Made by a program: the position numbers and the translations under genes
The notes under the pieces: generated by a model
What the model saw: the letters and a program-made list of their open reading frames with translations, nothing else
Told to the model about the DNA's origin: nothing
The model's database searches: none
Part shown: positions 51,859-52,660 of the stretch, in pieces
Numbering within the stretch: position 1 is the stretch's first letter
Layout: the number at the start of each line of letters is the position of its first letter
From: a virus
Taxonomy: Duplodnaviria > Caudoviricetes
Direction: 5' to 3' (one strand)
Length of the DNA: 52,660 nt
Virus record (IMG/VR): IMGVR_UViG_3300005537_000007
Location: 1 to 52,660 of that record

Positions 51859-52118
51859 AACGCCGCAGTAAATACGCGCAAGTGTGGTCCGGCATTTGGG
51901 AGGACCTGCCGCGCGCGTGGGATCTCGCTTGCTGCGATTGCGGGTTGATCCACGGCATTGAAGTACGCGTTCACTACGGTGAGCCGCAGATACGCATGAC
52001 TGTGAACAAACGAGCTACCGCTTCGTACCGCCGCCGCAATACCCTACCTTTTAAACCAAGGAGTAAGCCCCGTGCCAAAGGCAAAAACCCTAAGCGACCT
52101 ACTCGTAAAACACGATGA
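51846..52118 (+). CDS. Small basic phage protein with CCDCGLxH motif
   Basis: Pattern ACCDCGLIH...RAT..YRR recurs in phages. Confidence 0.6.
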   Translation: MPSVKRRSKYAQVWSGIWEDLPRAWDLACCDCGLIHGIEVRVHYGEPQIRMTVNKRATASYRRRNTLPFKPRSKPRAKGKNPKRPTRKTR

Positions 52119-52371
52119 GTCCGTCATCATCCCCAAGCGCATTCGCGAACATCTCGCCGCTATGTTGCGAGTTGGCCCTGAAGAGCACGATTACGAACAG
52201 GATTTCCTAACTGCCGCGAAAATAGCCAACAACAAAATTGGCAAGTATCGCGAGCAGTTCAAGGCGCACATCGTGTGGACGCGTGACAAAAACCCCAAAC
52301 GCGTGTGGTTCGCCGACCCCAAGGTAGCGGCGAAATTCCGCGCCCGTATCGGAGCATCTGACGATGTCTAA
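52072..52371 (+). CDS. Hypothetical protein
   Basis: AAGGAG RBS and GTG start. Its N-terminus resembles that of the next gene. Confidence 0.6.
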   Translation: MPKAKTLSDLLVKHDESVIIPKRIREHLAAMLRVGPEEHDYEQDFLTAAKIANNKIGKYREQFKAHIVWTRDKNPKRVWFADPKVAAKFRARIGASDDV

Positions 52372-52660
52372 GCCCAAAACACTAGACGATCTCGCTGCCA
52401 AACACGACCCGGTGACCATCATCGCCGGGTTGCGCGCTGAGTTGGCGGAGGCCCGTAGTCGTGCTGATTCCGCAGCCATTTTGCGTGAGTGGATCGGCAC
52501 GGCGAAATTGGAGCTATCCGAGCTACAGTTGCCAAAATGGGTTGTGTCGCCCAAGACGGCTGGGGCGCCGGGTGTCCCCACGCTGCAGCTTAGCGACTTT
52601 CATTGGGGCGAGCGAGTTGACAAACGCCAAATGGGTGGGATGAATGAGTTCAATCTCACC
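52364..52660 (+). CDS. Metallophosphoesterase, 5' part (continues at 1..886)
   Basis: ATG at 52364 after GGAG. MSKPKTLDDL...LSDFHWGE is in frame with ORF 71..886. Confidence 0.8.
   Translation, partial: MSKPKTLDDLAAKHDPVTIIAGLRAELAEARSRADSAAILREWIGTAKLELSELQLPKWVVSPKTAGAPGVPTLQLSDFHWGERVDKRQMGGMNEFNLT

Noticed and set aside
52561-52660. 100-bp terminal repeat as a biological direct terminal repeat
   Set aside because: It has a round length and falls mid-gene with the ORF reading through, so assembler overlap of a circular contig is the simpler explanation.
1-52660. Alternative genetic code
   Set aside because: Core genes are full length in the standard code and end in all three stop codons.

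Overview
The window is an essentially complete, circularly permuted genome (about 52,560 bp; bases 52561-52660 repeat bases 1-100) of a contractile-tailed phage with Bcep781/OP2/AP22-like architecture. I found no integrase or CI-like repressor, so it is probably lytic, most likely on a Gram-negative proteobacterium. Rightward modules encode head, tail, baseplate and lysis proteins (1.6-25.2 kb) and packaging plus accessory proteins (43.5-52.6 kb, wrapping into a metallophosphoesterase/dNTP-diphosphohydrolase cluster at 1-1.6 kb). Divergent replication arms (family A DNA polymerase, SSB, Cas4-like exonuclease | SF2 helicase, VRR-NUC, DNA methyltransferase, TetR-like regulator, primase-helicase) and leftward cassettes of small early genes fill the rest. 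The highlights are: (1) an AcrIC5-like anti-CRISPR gene heading a cassette inserted between terS and terL; (2) ten copies of a TGAC-N6-GTCA palindrome, most of them inside sigma70 promoters (three also carry a CRP-like box), linking the acr cassette to other small-gene cassettes and to a TetR-like gene, which suggests a trans-acting Aca-like anti-defence regulon; (3) virion-fibre-like, FN3 and subtilase-like proteins carrying Sec signal peptides and Cys pairs; (4) a PASTA domain fused to a baseplate wedge protein; (5) a degenerate tRNA-like RNA and a tandem pair of conserved-stem hairpins; (6) a polymerase with E710Q/Y766F-equivalent substitutions. Family assignments come from motif recognition by eye, not from database searches.
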